A stretch of 64,000 nt of DNA from an uncultured Acidobacteriaceae bacterium (lineage in GTDB: Bacteria; Acidobacteriota; Terriglobia; Terriglobales; Acidobacteriaceae), in contig CAWCMO010000022.1 of the NCBI GenBank assembly GCA_963796535.1, forward strand, positions 147-64,146. The letters run 5' to 3'. How positions within the stretch are numbered: the first letter of the stretch is position 1; each line of letters starts with the position of its first letter. Made by a program: the position numbers and the translations under genes. A model generated the notes under the pieces. It was not told the origin of the DNA. It made no database searches and saw nothing but the letters and a program-made list of their open reading frames with translations. Positions 10,571-20,976 of this stretch are shown here, in pieces.

Positions 10571-12121
10571 CTAGAACAGGCCGAGGGCCTTGGGGCTGTA
10601 GCTCACCAGCAGGTTCTTGGTCTGGCGATAGTGATCGAGGATCATCTTGTGGGTCTCGCGGCCGAAACCCGACTCCTTGTAGCCTCCGAAGGCAGCGCCC
10701 GCGGGATACAGGTGATAGCAGTTGGTCCAGCAGCGGCCAGCCTTGATACCACGGCCGATCCTGTAGGCATCTGTACCGTTACGCGACCACACGCCTGAGC
10801 CGAGACCGTAGGGGGTATCGTTGGCAATCTCGAGGGCTTCTTCGATAGTCGAGAACTTGGTGACCGACAGGACCGGTCCAAAGATCTCCTCCTGGAAGAT
10901 GCGCATCTTGTTGTTGCCGGAGAAGACGGTGGGCTGGATGTAGTAGCCGTTGGCCAGATCACCTTCGAGGTGAAGCTGCTCGCCGCCGGTGAGGCATTTT
11001 GCGCCTTCTGCCTTGCCGATCGCGATGTACTCGAGGATCTTCTCCTGCTGATCCTTCGAGGCCTGTGGGCCCATCTGTGTGGTTGGGTCGAGCGGGTTGC
11101 CAACCTTGATCTTGGCTACGCGAGCCACGGCACGTTTCACGAACTCATCAAAGATGGACTCGTGCACCAGCGCGCGCGACGGACAGGTGCAGACCTCGCC
11201 CTTGTTGAAGGCGAAGAGGGCAAAGCCTTCGAGAGCCTTGTCGAGGAAGTCGTCATCCTTGTCCATGACGTCGGCCATGAAGATGTTGGGGGACTTTCCA
11301 CCCAGCTCCAGGGTCTGCGGAATGATGGGCTCAGATGCGTACTGCATGATCAGGCGGCCCGTCGTCGTCTCTCCGGTGAAGGAGATCTTGGCGATGCGCG
11401 GGTTGCCGGCGAGTGCTTTACCGATTTCGCCGCCGGGGCCGGTGACGACGTTGATGACGCCAGCAGGAATGATGTCGGCGATGAGCGAGATGAAGGTGAG
11501 CAGGCTCAGCGGCGTGTTCGAGGCAGGCTTAATCACCGTGCAGTTACCCGCGGCGATGGCTGGTGCGATCTTCCATGCGGCCATCAACAGGGGAAAGTTC
11601 CAGGGGATGATCTGGCCAACGACGCCCATGGGCTCTTTGAAGTGGTAGGCGACGGTGTCCTTGTCGATCTCACCGGCCGTGCCCTCTTCGGCGCGTATGC
11701 AACCGGCGAAGTAGCGGAAGTGGTCGATGGATAGCGGGACGTCCGCGTTCATGGTCTCGCGAATCGGCTTGCCGTTGTCGAGGGTTTCGCATTTGGCGAG
11801 GAGTTCGAGGTTCTCTTCCATGCGGTCGGCGATCCGGTTAAGGATGGCGGCGCGTTCGGTGGACGAGATGGCGGCCCATGCGTCCTTGGCAGCGTGCGCG
11901 GCGTCGAGAGCGAGCTCTACGTCTTCTGCGGAGGACTTGGCGAACTCGGCAAGGTGGGCACCGTTGATTGGGCTCTTGTCGGTGAAGTACTTACCCTTGA
12001 TCGGGGCCACGAACTTGCCGCCGATGAAGTTGTCGTAGCGGGCGCGAACGCCATTTTTACGGATGGAGGCGACGGCCTCCTCGAAGAGTACGTCTTGAAT
12101 TTCTAAAGTTGCGGTGGACAT
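10571..12121 (-). CDS. aldB: Aldehyde dehydrogenase (AldB/ExaC type)
   Basis: [31 protein letters not shown] and EEIFGPV motifs; adjacent to adhP. Confidence 0.93.
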   Translation of the reverse strand: MSTATLEIQDVLFEEAVASIRKNGVRARYDNFIGGKFVAPIKGKYFTDKSPINGAHLAEFAKSSAEDVELALDAAHAAKDAWAAISSTERAAILNRIADRMEENLELLAKCETLDNGKPIRETMNADVPLSIDHFRYFAGCIRAEEGTAGEIDKDTVAYHFKEPMGVVGQIIPWNFPLLMAAWKIAPAIAAGNCTVIKPASNTPLSLLTFISLIADIIPAGVINVVTGPGGEIGKALAGNPRIAKISFTGETTTGRLIMQYASEPIIPQTLELGGKSPNIFMADVMDKDDDFLDKALEGFALFAFNKGEVCTCPSRALVHESIFDEFVKRAVARVAKIKVGNPLDPTTQMGPQASKDQQEKILEYIAIGKAEGAKCLTGGEQLHLEGDLANGYYIQPTVFSGNNKMRIFQEEIFGPVLSVTKFSTIEEALEIANDTPYGLGSGVWSRNGTDAYRIGRGIKAGRCWTNCYHLYPAGAAFGGYKESGFGRETHKMILDHYRQTKNLLVSYSPKALGLF

Positions 12122-12427
12122 AGTTACCTTCTCCAGTGAAGATGTGGATCTATCAGCAGAGCGAGTCTCGACCCCGGAGACAACGGTTGGCTGTGATATG
12201 CGTCACTAGAGGCGGGATCTTTGGGGGAATAGAATGGAGTGGCTTGTTGTTTCAGCGGCGGGGCGCTGTGACTCACGAGAGTCTGGCGGGTGGGCTGGGC
12301 AAGTGGAGCCTCGCTGCGTGGGTCGCACGGCAAAGAATTCGCGTCGATGTTTGGACGCGGGGCGCCCCTGCCGGTGGCCGTTGTATGTTCTACCGGATGA
12401 GCAAGCGGCTCTCTGCTCTCGACTGCA

Positions 12428-12973
12428 TCACTTCTTCGCTGGACTCAAATCCACGCTCTCCTGCGTAGCGCCCTTGCTCCGCACCGCAATCACCTGGATC
12501 TCCACCAGCCCCCAATCCGTTGCCAGCGCCGCCACCTGCATCGCTGCGCGCACGGGCCGATTCGGCTGCTCTGCTGTCCCAAAGAACTTCGCATACGCCG
12601 CATTCAAGCCCGCGAAATCCATCTTGCCGCCCTTGGCCGGATCGCCCGCTAAAAAGCATTGCATCTCGACGACATCGCCCATGGTCAGCCCCTGCGTCTT
12701 CAGCAGCGCCTCTATCTTAGTGAGCACGCTCTCCGCCTGCGTTTGCGTATCGCCATACACCGCGGGCGTTCCCTTGGTCGCATCCGCTGGCGTCACTGGA
12801 CTAGCCATCTGCCCTGACAAATACAGTGTGTCCCCCGCCCAGATTGCCGCCGCGAACCTCTGCGACGCTACCGGCGTCCCTACCGAATAGATCCGCTTCA
12901 CCGTGGTCTGCGCCTGCACGCCGCAAGCGACCATCCCCAACGCCATCGCCAAACCCGCCACACGAATCTTCAT
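12428..12973 (-). CDS. Rid (YjgF/RidA) family protein with signal peptide
   Basis: LYLSGQ, YAKFFG, RPVRAAMQVAAL and VEIQVIA motifs; N-terminal Sec-type signal. Confidence 0.85.
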   Translation of the reverse strand: MKIRVAGLAMALGMVACGVQAQTTVKRIYSVGTPVASQRFAAAIWAGDTLYLSGQMASPVTPADATKGTPAVYGDTQTQAESVLTKIEALLKTQGLTMGDVVEMQCFLAGDPAKGGKMDFAGLNAAYAKFFGTAEQPNRPVRAAMQVAALATDWGLVEIQVIAVRSKGATQESVDLSPAKK

Positions 12974-13037
12974 CGCTCTCTCCTCAAATCAAGCTCCTGC
13001 CAGCCTCTCACGCTGAGAGCCTCACCACCAAAACATC

Positions 13038-14096
13038 TCACGGCTGCAGCGTCCCCGCATACCCCGCCTGCACAATGTTCGCCTGCACGGATTCCAGCGC
13101 GGACTGCGCGGGCATGCCCTTCGTCATCACGCCCTCGAAAAAGTATCCCGTCGCCCAGTTGCTGTTGTCGCCGCCAATGCCCAGGATGATGGCTCCCTCC
13201 TGCTGCATCGGCTGATACCCCGCCGGCAGCGGAAGCATCCCCGTCGTCGTCAGGCTTCCGCTCTGCGCATTGCCCTGGTAGATCGCGTAAAGATGCTGCC
13301 CATCGCTCGCTCCCATGTCCGTCAGAAATGCAGTTCCGCTCGGCACCGGCAGACTCCCGTAGATGCCGTTCTCCATATCCAGTCCCGCAGTCGGAGCGCA
13401 CGGGGATGCCCCCTGGCACATCACATTAATGGCATCCATGTGTCCTTTATCGTTGTCCAGATTGTTCACCTCCGCATTCCCGAAATCGAAGCAGCACTTC
13501 GTATTGAGATGGAGCGCCGAACTCACCATGTACACGCCCTCCGGCTGTCCGTGGACGGCTGTCCCCGTCGGCGCATCGTTGCGATAACCCATCCCTGCCG
13601 CAATCGCAATCCCGAACACCTTGTGCCCACCGACCATCGCCGGCAAAGCATTCGCCACGGCCGGCAAATCGTACCCACCCGGCCCCGGCCCCTTCGCCGC
13701 TCCACCCGGAGGAGCCGGCGTCAGGTCGTTATGATTCGCGGACTGGTCATAGATCTTCGTTATCGTGCACGTCGTGTTCGCGCAGAAGGTATCCTGCGCG
13801 GCCGCGTTGGCATATCCGTCCGACAGCAGCCCGATATCCGCAGTCGTGTTATCCGATTGCCGCGTCACCTGGTACAGCGCTCCCGTATAGCCCGAGTACA
13901 ACGCGCGCGTTGTGCTGATCGCCGCAACACACGGCGTCGTCGACGCAAGCAGGTCACACGGCTGCGGATTGGCAATCAGCACAATCACCCCTGTCCCCGT
14001 CACTGCGGCCGCGCAGCCCATGTTGATCGCAAACGCCGAGAAAAGAATCGGCAACGATAAGATCTTTCCAAAACAACCCTTCAATTTCTTTGCCAT
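13038..14096 (-). CDS. GH54 alpha-L-arabinofuranosidase B catalytic domain
   Basis: PCDL..TPCVAA.STTRALY, CCFDFGNAE, EGAIILGIGGDNS and FFEGVMTKG motifs. Start uncertain. Confidence 0.88.
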   Translation of the reverse strand: MAKKLKGCFGKILSLPILFSAFAINMGCAAAVTGTGVIVLIANPQPCDLLASTTPCVAAISTTRALYSGYTGALYQVTRQSDNTTADIGLLSDGYANAAAQDTFCANTTCTITKIYDQSANHNDLTPAPPGGAAKGPGPGGYDLPAVANALPAMVGGHKVFGIAIAAGMGYRNDAPTGTAVHGQPEGVYMVSSALHLNTKCCFDFGNAEVNNLDNDKGHMDAINVMCQGASPCAPTAGLDMENGIYGSLPVPSGTAFLTDMGASDGQHLYAIYQGNAQSGSLTTTGMLPLPAGYQPMQQEGAIILGIGGDNSNWATGYFFEGVMTKGMPAQSALESVQANIVQAGYAGTLQP

Positions 14097-14263
14097 CAAT
14101 GCGTCCGTCCTTGACTCGACCTGTAGTCTCCGGCGGCAGACATTTGCTTGTCTCACCGTAGTTTTGCCGCCAGTAAACGTTTAACCCGACACCCATACAT
14201 ACTCCCTCAAGCCCCGCCTATGCAACACCTGCCCACTCGCCGCATCTCAACCAAAAACGAAAG

Positions 14264-15610
14264 GTGGCTCCATTGCCCAACGATCTTGATGTGCTCATTC
14301 TGGGTGCAGGGATGGCCGGCCTCACCGCCGCGCGCACCCTCGCCGAACGCGGCCTGCGCGTCTGCATCCTCGAAGCCAGATCACGCGTAGGTGGACGAAT
14401 CCTCTCACAAAAAGTGGAGGGCGGCGGGACCGTGGAGCTCGGCGCCGAGTTTGTTCACGGACGCGCTCCAGAGCTCTGGACCCTCATCGAGGAAGCCGGC
14501 GCGAAGACCGTTGAGCGCCACGGGTCCATGCTGCGCGAACGCCGCCCCGGCAGCCTGGTCGCAGACGACCCGCAGGACAACTCGATGTTTGAACCGCTCG
14601 AGCAGCTCGAGGATCCAGACCTGCTCGAAAAGCTCACTACCCACGACCAGACCTTCGCCGACTGGCTCGCCGCCAGCAACGTCGCCGACGAACTCCGCCC
14701 CGGGCTCACCGCCTATGTCGAAGGCTTCAACGCCGCCGACGCCCAGCGCATCAGCGTTCGCTCGCTGGGTATCCAGCAGAAGGCAGAAGACGCCACCGAA
14801 GCAGATCGCTCCTGGCACCTTCCCGGCGGTTACGCGCAGTTGCCCGACTACCTCGCAGCCCGCCTGAAAGCGCTCGGTGGCGAGATCCGACTGGACTGTG
14901 AGGTTCTCGGGATCCGTTGGACCCCCGGCAACGTTCTCATCGAAACCACCCACGGGGAATTTATCGCCCCGCGATGCGTCGTGACCTTTCCGCTCGGCGT
15001 CCTGCACCAGGTCAACCGGCCCGGCGGAATTTCCATCACCCCCGAACCCGCCGCCGTCGCCCAATCCCGTCGTCTTGCGATGGGTCACGCCTCCCGTTTC
15101 ACGATGATTTTTAGCACCCAATACTGGCAGTTTTCACAGTTGATCGACCAGCAGACCCTGCGTAGCATGAGCTTCTTGTTTGCTTTCAGCCACAACCCGT
15201 CCGTGTGGTGGACGTCCCACCCGGATCCCGACGCCCTACCCGCGCTCACAGGATGGGTAGGTGGCCCGCGGGCCTCTGCGCTGGAAGGAAAAACCCCCGA
15301 CCAATTGGGATCGGCCGCCTGCACCGCGCTGGCGAAGATTTTCGCCTTGGACGAGCACCTCGTCCGCTCTGCCCTCGTCGCCACGTACTCGCACGATTGG
15401 GCTGCCGATCCCTTCGCACGAGGAGCCTACAGCTACGTCCCCGTCGGCGCCGTCGACGCCTCCGCCGACATGACCCAGCCTGAGGCCGACACTCTCTTCT
15501 TCGCCGGCGAGCATACCGACATTACCGGCAATTGGGGCACTGTGCATGCAGCTATTCGCAGCGGACTCCGCGCTGCCGCAGAGATTCTCAAAGAACGCGC
15601 AACAACATAA
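14264..15610 (+). CDS. Flavin monoamine oxidase family protein
   Basis: GAGMAG, EARSRVGGR, ELGAEFVHG, GAYSY and FAGEHT...GTVHAA motifs. Confidence 0.92.
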   Translation: MAPLPNDLDVLILGAGMAGLTAARTLAERGLRVCILEARSRVGGRILSQKVEGGGTVELGAEFVHGRAPELWTLIEEAGAKTVERHGSMLRERRPGSLVADDPQDNSMFEPLEQLEDPDLLEKLTTHDQTFADWLAASNVADELRPGLTAYVEGFNAADAQRISVRSLGIQQKAEDATEADRSWHLPGGYAQLPDYLAARLKALGGEIRLDCEVLGIRWTPGNVLIETTHGEFIAPRCVVTFPLGVLHQVNRPGGISITPEPAAVAQSRRLAMGHASRFTMIFSTQYWQFSQLIDQQTLRSMSFLFAFSHNPSVWWTSHPDPDALPALTGWVGGPRASALEGKTPDQLGSAACTALAKIFALDEHLVRSALVATYSHDWAADPFARGAYSYVPVGAVDASADMTQPEADTLFFAGEHTDITGNWGTVHAAIRSGLRAAAEILKERATT

Positions 15611-15644
15611 CGAAAACGCTCGTATTGCAGGAAGGAGGTACGCC

Positions 15645-17417
15645 ATGCCCTCCGAAATTGGCCCCGCTGTCCCCAAATATATCCCTCCTGCCCCACGTGC
15701 GTGCTTCCGCCAATTGGTCTGCCTCCTTCTTCTCGCATGCAGCCACTCCCTCTCGGCGCGTTCCCAGGGTCCCGCCCCGATGACGGACCTCCCCGACTCG
15801 ACCTCCGTGCCCAACCTACCCGACGCGCCCCGTCCGTACGCCTCTGACCTCGCAGACAGCAGCAACACGCCCGACGGCCTCGACTTACCCTCGAAGAGTT
15901 TTCTTCCGGATTCCGACGATGCGTCGTCGCAGGTGCCCAATCAGTCCGGGCCACCACGTTGGTGGAAGCAAGCCAGCTTCGACCCCGACGCGAAACCCGA
16001 TCCCGGCTACCTCGAACACTACCAATGGCGCGGCTTAATCTGGCAGAGTGTCGAGTTCAACGTCGTCGAAAATGGCTTTCGCGTCTCGAGCGATCCCGTC
16101 ATGCGCGACATCCTCGCCCACCGCCCCTTCTGGCACGATTGGCTGGCATCTACCAAGCAGTTCAACATGCGCCGCTGGAATGATGGCGACGCCTTCATCG
16201 TCAACTACGTTGGCCATCCCATGCAGGGCGCGATCGCCGCGTACATCGAGATCCAGAACAGCCCCACGGACCGCCGTCTGCAATGGGGCGAACCCGGTTA
16301 TGGCAAGTCCCGCTTTAAAGGTTTCCTCTGGTCCATCGTCTACAGCACCCACTCCGAGATCAGCCCCGCAGGCGAGGCCGGCGTCGGCAACGAAGGCGGC
16401 TTCACCTACCCCACAAACTGCCTCTACCAATCCTTTGACTTTCCGTTGGGCATTTGCAATCCAGGCACCAAATATACCAACAACACCGGTTGGGTTGATT
16501 TCATCATCACCCCCACCGTAGGCATGGTGTGGGTCACCGCCGAAGACCTCATCGACCGCTACGTCACCAGGCCGATGGTGCTGCGTCATCCCGACCGCTT
16601 CTGGCCTCTCGTGGTCCGCAGCGGCCTCAGCCCTTCGCGCTCCTTTGCCAACATGTTGCGCTGGAGGGTTCCGTGGTATCGCGACTATGAACAGGCCGTC
16701 CAGCCGCCCAACCGCGTCTACTGGTTCCCCTCCAAAGAAGTCGCCGAGTACCGCACCCTTCCGGACGTTCAGCTCGCGCCCTTCTGGAATAGCGTCAGCA
16801 TCGCTTCCAACACGTCCACCTGTTTCAACTGCCGCGAGACCACCATCGGCGGAGGGCTGCAGACGACACTCAAAATTCACGACTGGCTCGGCTTCGACAC
16901 CGCTGTCAGCTATCACCCCAATGCCAGCCCTCTGCCCAGCGACCGTGCCGGCGGCAACATGCTCGCAGCCTTCTTCGGCCTCAGCGCCAGCAAGCAATGG
17001 CACTACTACGCCCTCCACTTCGCCATGCGCCCCGGCATGATCGCGTTCAGCCAGGCCTATCTGTACAGCCCCGTCCTGTACTCCGTCCTCACCTCGCCTC
17101 CGCGCATCGCAACGACCGGCGGCAACGCAGATGGACTCCCCTACCCCGGCGTCACCGACGCCAACGGCACCCCCAACCAGCCGACCCTCGGCTCCATCCA
17201 TCACTTCGCCTGGGACTGGCAGCTTAGCGGCGACTACCGCGTGACCAAACGCATCGCCTTCCGCGTCGGCCTCGAAGAAGCCGTCGTCCGCTATCGCACC
17301 AACAAAGTGGATGACCCCGGCATTGGCGCACCCCCCTTCTTCAGTTGGCTCTCGAAAGAACAATTCATCAACCGCGGCAACTTCGTCCTCCAACTAGGCC
17401 CAGTCTTCAACTTCTAA
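15645..17417 (+). CDS. Putative outer-membrane protein (DUF3943-like segment plus C-terminal beta-barrel)
   Basis: AGGAGG RBS; signal-like N-terminus; WNDGD.FIVNYVGHPMQG; amphipathic strands ending GPVFNF. Confidence 0.65.
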   Translation: MPSEIGPAVPKYIPPAPRACFRQLVCLLLLACSHSLSARSQGPAPMTDLPDSTSVPNLPDAPRPYASDLADSSNTPDGLDLPSKSFLPDSDDASSQVPNQSGPPRWWKQASFDPDAKPDPGYLEHYQWRGLIWQSVEFNVVENGFRVSSDPVMRDILAHRPFWHDWLASTKQFNMRRWNDGDAFIVNYVGHPMQGAIAAYIEIQNSPTDRRLQWGEPGYGKSRFKGFLWSIVYSTHSEISPAGEAGVGNEGGFTYPTNCLYQSFDFPLGICNPGTKYTNNTGWVDFIITPTVGMVWVTAEDLIDRYVTRPMVLRHPDRFWPLVVRSGLSPSRSFANMLRWRVPWYRDYEQAVQPPNRVYWFPSKEVAEYRTLPDVQLAPFWNSVSIASNTSTCFNCRETTIGGGLQTTLKIHDWLGFDTAVSYHPNASPLPSDRAGGNMLAAFFGLSASKQWHYYALHFAMRPGMIAFSQAYLYSPVLYSVLTSPPRIATTGGNADGLPYPGVTDANGTPNQPTLGSIHHFAWDWQLSGDYRVTKRIAFRVGLEEAVVRYRTNKVDDPGIGAPPFFSWLSKEQFINRGNFVLQLGPVFNF

Positions 17418-17418
17418 C

Positions 17419-17801
17419 TCAAGCCCCCTGCTCCACCCACTGCTTGCGCCACGCCGGCGCCTCAAATGGATCCGCAAAATACTGCGTCTCGTGCGCCACC
17501 TTGCCGTCGCGAAACTCCATGATGCTCACGGTGAACGCAGGCTTCCCCTGGTAGACGATCGTATATTCCGTAACCCAAAGATCCTCTCGCCCAATCATCC
17601 GCCGAACCTTGAACCCTGAAGGCTTTCCCGGATGATGGCTCCGCAACGCCTGCAAATTCCGTCTCCCCAAAATCCGCTCGCCCGACTGCGGATAATCGCA
17701 GATCGAGTCGTCCGCATAGATATCATGCTCCGGCTCAACATCACCATCCGCCGAAGCCGCCAATGCGCATTCAACGCTTCACGGATTTGTTCTTCGCCCA
17801 T
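17419..17801 (-). CDS. SnoaL/NTF2-like protein, with an apparent -1 frameshift at ~17760
   Basis: MGEEQIREALNAHW joins AASADGDVEPEHDIY...YPQSGERILGR...ETQYFADPF if one G is added to the GG run. Confidence 0.8.
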
Positions 17802-17909
17802 ACGCTGCTCCCGGTACGTTCGCACTCCATGCTAGTCACTCAGACGGCGACGGTGCAACGACGACCATCCGAATTAGACGGCCAGCAACGCGCGCTTTAT
17901 AACAGAGGG

Positions 17910-19697
17910 ATGACGAAAATCGGTGGCAATAGAATCACGAAAACGGCAACAGCCCTCTTGTCGATCCTCGCAAGCGCGTTCGCCGCGCCAATCCTCGCTC
18001 AAAGCGCACCCAACGTTGCGCTCGGCAGCATCGCCGCAGTGGAGGCCTCCGTCAGTGCGAACAACATCCGGACCCAGGATCAGTTCATCTCCGACGACCT
18101 CTTCGAAGGCCGCTATCCCGGACTTCGCGGCGGCGAGCTTGCCGCTAAATACATCGCCACGCAATTCGCTACGTACGGCCTCGTCCCCGCCGGCGACAAC
18201 GGCACCTACCTCCAGGAAGTTAACTTCGTCGGCATGAAAGCCATCCCCGACCAGACCACCTTCAGCCTCATCCCCGCCACTGGCCAACCCGTCCTGCTGA
18301 AATTCGGCGACGACTTCGTAGTCTCCAACCAAACCCTCACGCCCACCACCACGCTCGACGCCCCCATCGTCTTCGTCGGCTACGGCGCCACCGCCCCCGA
18401 GTACCACTGGGACGACTACGCGGGCGTCGACGTCAAGGGCAAGGTCATCCTCTGCATCGTCGGCGACCCACCATCGGATGATCCCAATTTCTTCGGCGGC
18501 AAAGCCCTCACCTACTACGGCCGCTGGACCTACAAGTTCGAGCAGGCCGCGCGCAAAGGAGCCATCGGCGCGCTCATCATCCATCGCACCGACCTTGCCA
18601 GCTACGGATGGGGCGTCGTTCAGCACTCCAACTCCGGCGAACGAACGTTTCTCCGCGACGACGCCAACCCCCGCCTCCAGGCCGCCAGCTGGATTCAGCT
18701 AGACGTAGCCCGCAAACTTTTCGAGATGAGCAACCTCGACCTCGACAAAGAATTCGAAGCCGCCGGCAAGCCCGGCTTCCACGCCATCGAACTCCCCGTC
18801 CGCCTCAAGGCCACCGTAACCAGCACCGTCCGCCCTTTCCAAAGCCCCAACGTTGTAGGCATGATTCAAGGTTCCAACGCAAAGTTGGCTCCTCATCAAT
18901 CATGTGCGGGCCTATGTCGAGGCCCAGACCAGGCTGTTCTTTACACCGCCCACTACGACCACTTGGGCTTTGTCCCCAACATGCCCGGAGACAACATCTA
19001 CAACGGCGCCGCCGACAACGGCACCGGAGTTGCGATGTTATTAGAAATAGCTCGTGCGTGGGCCGATGCTGCAAAGCCTGCTTGTATTGATCAGGGCGAT
19101 AGCCTTCACTCGAAGTTCTGCACGAGCAAACTGCCGCACTCCGTAATCTTCGCCGCCGTCACCGCCGAAGAACAAGGCCTCCTGGGCTCCGAATACCTAG
19201 GCCAGCACCCACCCATCCCCGCCGCACAAATCTCGCTAGACATCAACTTCGACATGCTCCTCCCCATCGGCGTGCAACAAGAAATCAACGTCAACGGAGC
19301 CCAGCGCACCACCTTCTACCCGCGCGTCGAAGCAACCGCCAAACGCTTCAACCTAACCATCGTCCCCGACCCGCGCCCCGAAGCCGGCAGCTACTATCGC
19401 AGCGACCACTTTAGCCTCTCCCGCGTCGGCATCCCGGCCTTCTCCGTCGACGCCGGGCAACTATACGAAGGCCATGATCGCGCTTGGGGCGCAGCGCAGG
19501 AGAAGGACTTCAACGACAACCACTACCACAACTTCTCCGACAACTTTGACCCCAAGTGGGACTTCACCGGCGACGCCAAGCTAGCCCGCTTCGGCATCGA
19601 CCTCGGCTGGCAAGTCCTCAACGCTTCCCACACCGTGGAGTGGAACAAGGGCGATGAATTCGCGCCCGCCCGCATCGCCAGCGAGACGTCCCACTAG
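17910..19697 (+). CDS. Secreted M28 peptidase with PA domain
   Basis: TAHYDHLG, NGAADNGTG, TAEEQGLLGS, RSDHF and YHNFSD motifs. Confidence 0.92.
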   Translation: MTKIGGNRITKTATALLSILASAFAAPILAQSAPNVALGSIAAVEASVSANNIRTQDQFISDDLFEGRYPGLRGGELAAKYIATQFATYGLVPAGDNGTYLQEVNFVGMKAIPDQTTFSLIPATGQPVLLKFGDDFVVSNQTLTPTTTLDAPIVFVGYGATAPEYHWDDYAGVDVKGKVILCIVGDPPSDDPNFFGGKALTYYGRWTYKFEQAARKGAIGALIIHRTDLASYGWGVVQHSNSGERTFLRDDANPRLQAASWIQLDVARKLFEMSNLDLDKEFEAAGKPGFHAIELPVRLKATVTSTVRPFQSPNVVGMIQGSNAKLAPHQSCAGLCRGPDQAVLYTAHYDHLGFVPNMPGDNIYNGAADNGTGVAMLLEIARAWADAAKPACIDQGDSLHSKFCTSKLPHSVIFAAVTAEEQGLLGSEYLGQHPPIPAAQISLDINFDMLLPIGVQQEINVNGAQRTTFYPRVEATAKRFNLTIVPDPRPEAGSYYRSDHFSLSRVGIPAFSVDAGQLYEGHDRAWGAAQEKDFNDNHYHNFSDNFDPKWDFTGDAKLARFGIDLGWQVLNASHTVEWNKGDEFAPARIASETSH

Positions 19698-19715
19698 CCC
19701 TCACGCAACGCAAGC

Positions 19716-19740
19716 AAAGGCGGCCCACTCGGGCCGCCTG
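19716..19740. terminator. Hairpin terminator
   Basis: AAAGGCGGCCC-ACTC-GGGCCGCC between convergent genes. Confidence 0.6.
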
Positions 19741-19750
19741 TCTGCTTCTA

Positions 19751-19822
19751 GGTACCCCAAGGCTTTAGCCTTGGGTCTCATACTGTCGTAACGGATCCGG
19801 GCTTTAGCCCCTGGGGTATGCC
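19751..19822. repeat. REP-like double palindrome
   Basis: CCCAAGGCT-TT-AGCCTTGGG and GGGCT-TT-AGCCC, enclosed by GTACCCCA...TGGGGTAT. Confidence 0.65.
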
Positions 19823-19850
19823 TTCTTATCCCGGGCCGCCTTCTTCTTGA

Positions 19851-20171
19851 TCACCGCTGACGAGTATTCGCCAGCGCCCGCAAAATCGTGCGCGTGTTCT
19901 TGTTCATCTGTTGCCGCAGATACATCGTGATCGCGAACAGCAGCACCAAAAAGAAAAGATCCACACGCAAAATCGAGTGCAACAAATTCGCCAGCGTCTC
20001 TGGCGGAAACATGTACAGGTGCATCCAGATAAAGACGACGACCGCCAGAACAGCCAGCACGCCAACCACAATGCGCGACGTTCGTTCCGACCGATCAGCG
20101 TCCGCCAAGGCTTGTTGCACAAACGCGCGTTCGCCGCTCATGTCTTCGGGGTTAATCGATTCAGGGCTCAT
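19851..20171 (-). CDS. Two-TM membrane protein, putative partner (anti-sigma) of the ECF sigma factor
   Basis: ATGA overlap with the sigma gene; two hydrophobic helices. Confidence 0.65.
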   Translation of the reverse strand: MSPESINPEDMSGERAFVQQALADADRSERTSRIVVGVLAVLAVVVFIWMHLYMFPPETLANLLHSILRVDLFFLVLLFAITMYLRQQMNKNTRTILRALANTRQR

Positions 20172-20737
20172 GCTGGTTTCCTCTCCTCAGTCAAAAATTT
20201 GCGAAGCATAGTCACTCCGTAGTGCAGCCGCGACTTCGCGGTGCCCACTGGAATCTCCAAAATCGCAGCAGCTTCTTCCAACGACAAATCCTGCTGATAC
20301 CGCAGCAGCAGCACCGCCCGGCTCGCAGGCGACACATTCTCCACCAACCGCAAAAACCCCTCATCCGGCGGCTCACCCATCCCCGCATCGAACGTAGTCA
20401 GTTGGTCCAGCGGCGCATCCTCCAGCGGTTGCCACCGCCGCGCGCTCTTCAACTGCGCGAACGCAATCCGCGAAGCGATCCGGAATGTCCATGGCCGAAA
20501 CACCGCCGGTTCGCGCAGATGCGGCAGCTTGCGAAAGATCTGCAGCGACGTCTCCTGCAGAATGTCATCGGCCAACGCAGCGCCGGCGAGATAGGTAATG
20601 TACCGCCGCAACGGCGCATACGCCTCGCGCAGAAGTTGTTCCAGCGCGCCCCGGTCGCCGCTCTGCGCCAGCAGCACCAGCAGCGTTTGGTCTTGCGTCG
20701 CGGGATCCTTCGCTTCTGTTCGGGGCTGCATGCTCAA
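20168..20737 (-). CDS. ECF RNA polymerase sigma factor
   Basis: AQSGDRGALEQL, DDILQE and FRPWTFRIA motifs; region 4 LSLEEAAAILEIPVGTAKSRLH. Confidence 0.93.
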   Translation of the reverse strand: MSMQPRTEAKDPATQDQTLLVLLAQSGDRGALEQLLREAYAPLRRYITYLAGAALADDILQETSLQIFRKLPHLREPAVFRPWTFRIASRIAFAQLKSARRWQPLEDAPLDQLTTFDAGMGEPPDEGFLRLVENVSPASRAVLLLRYQQDLSLEEAAAILEIPVGTAKSRLHYGVTMLRKFLTEERKPA

Positions 20738-20976
20738 GAGAGGCCTTGCGGTCTTAGAAAGTTCGGTCCTGACGACAAATAATTATGAGCGCGCAAGACC
20801 GGCCATGGCTCATGGCCTGGAATCCCCGTCGCGGAAATGCTGATCTGAATAAACTTCTGTGCCCTTCTGTCCCACCTGCGAATGGTCGCGATTCTCCCAC
20901 ACGATCAGCCAGCACAATGGCTCATAGGCACTCCGCAAGAGTTGTAAACCTGGACTCGATCTAATAGCCGAAACCC

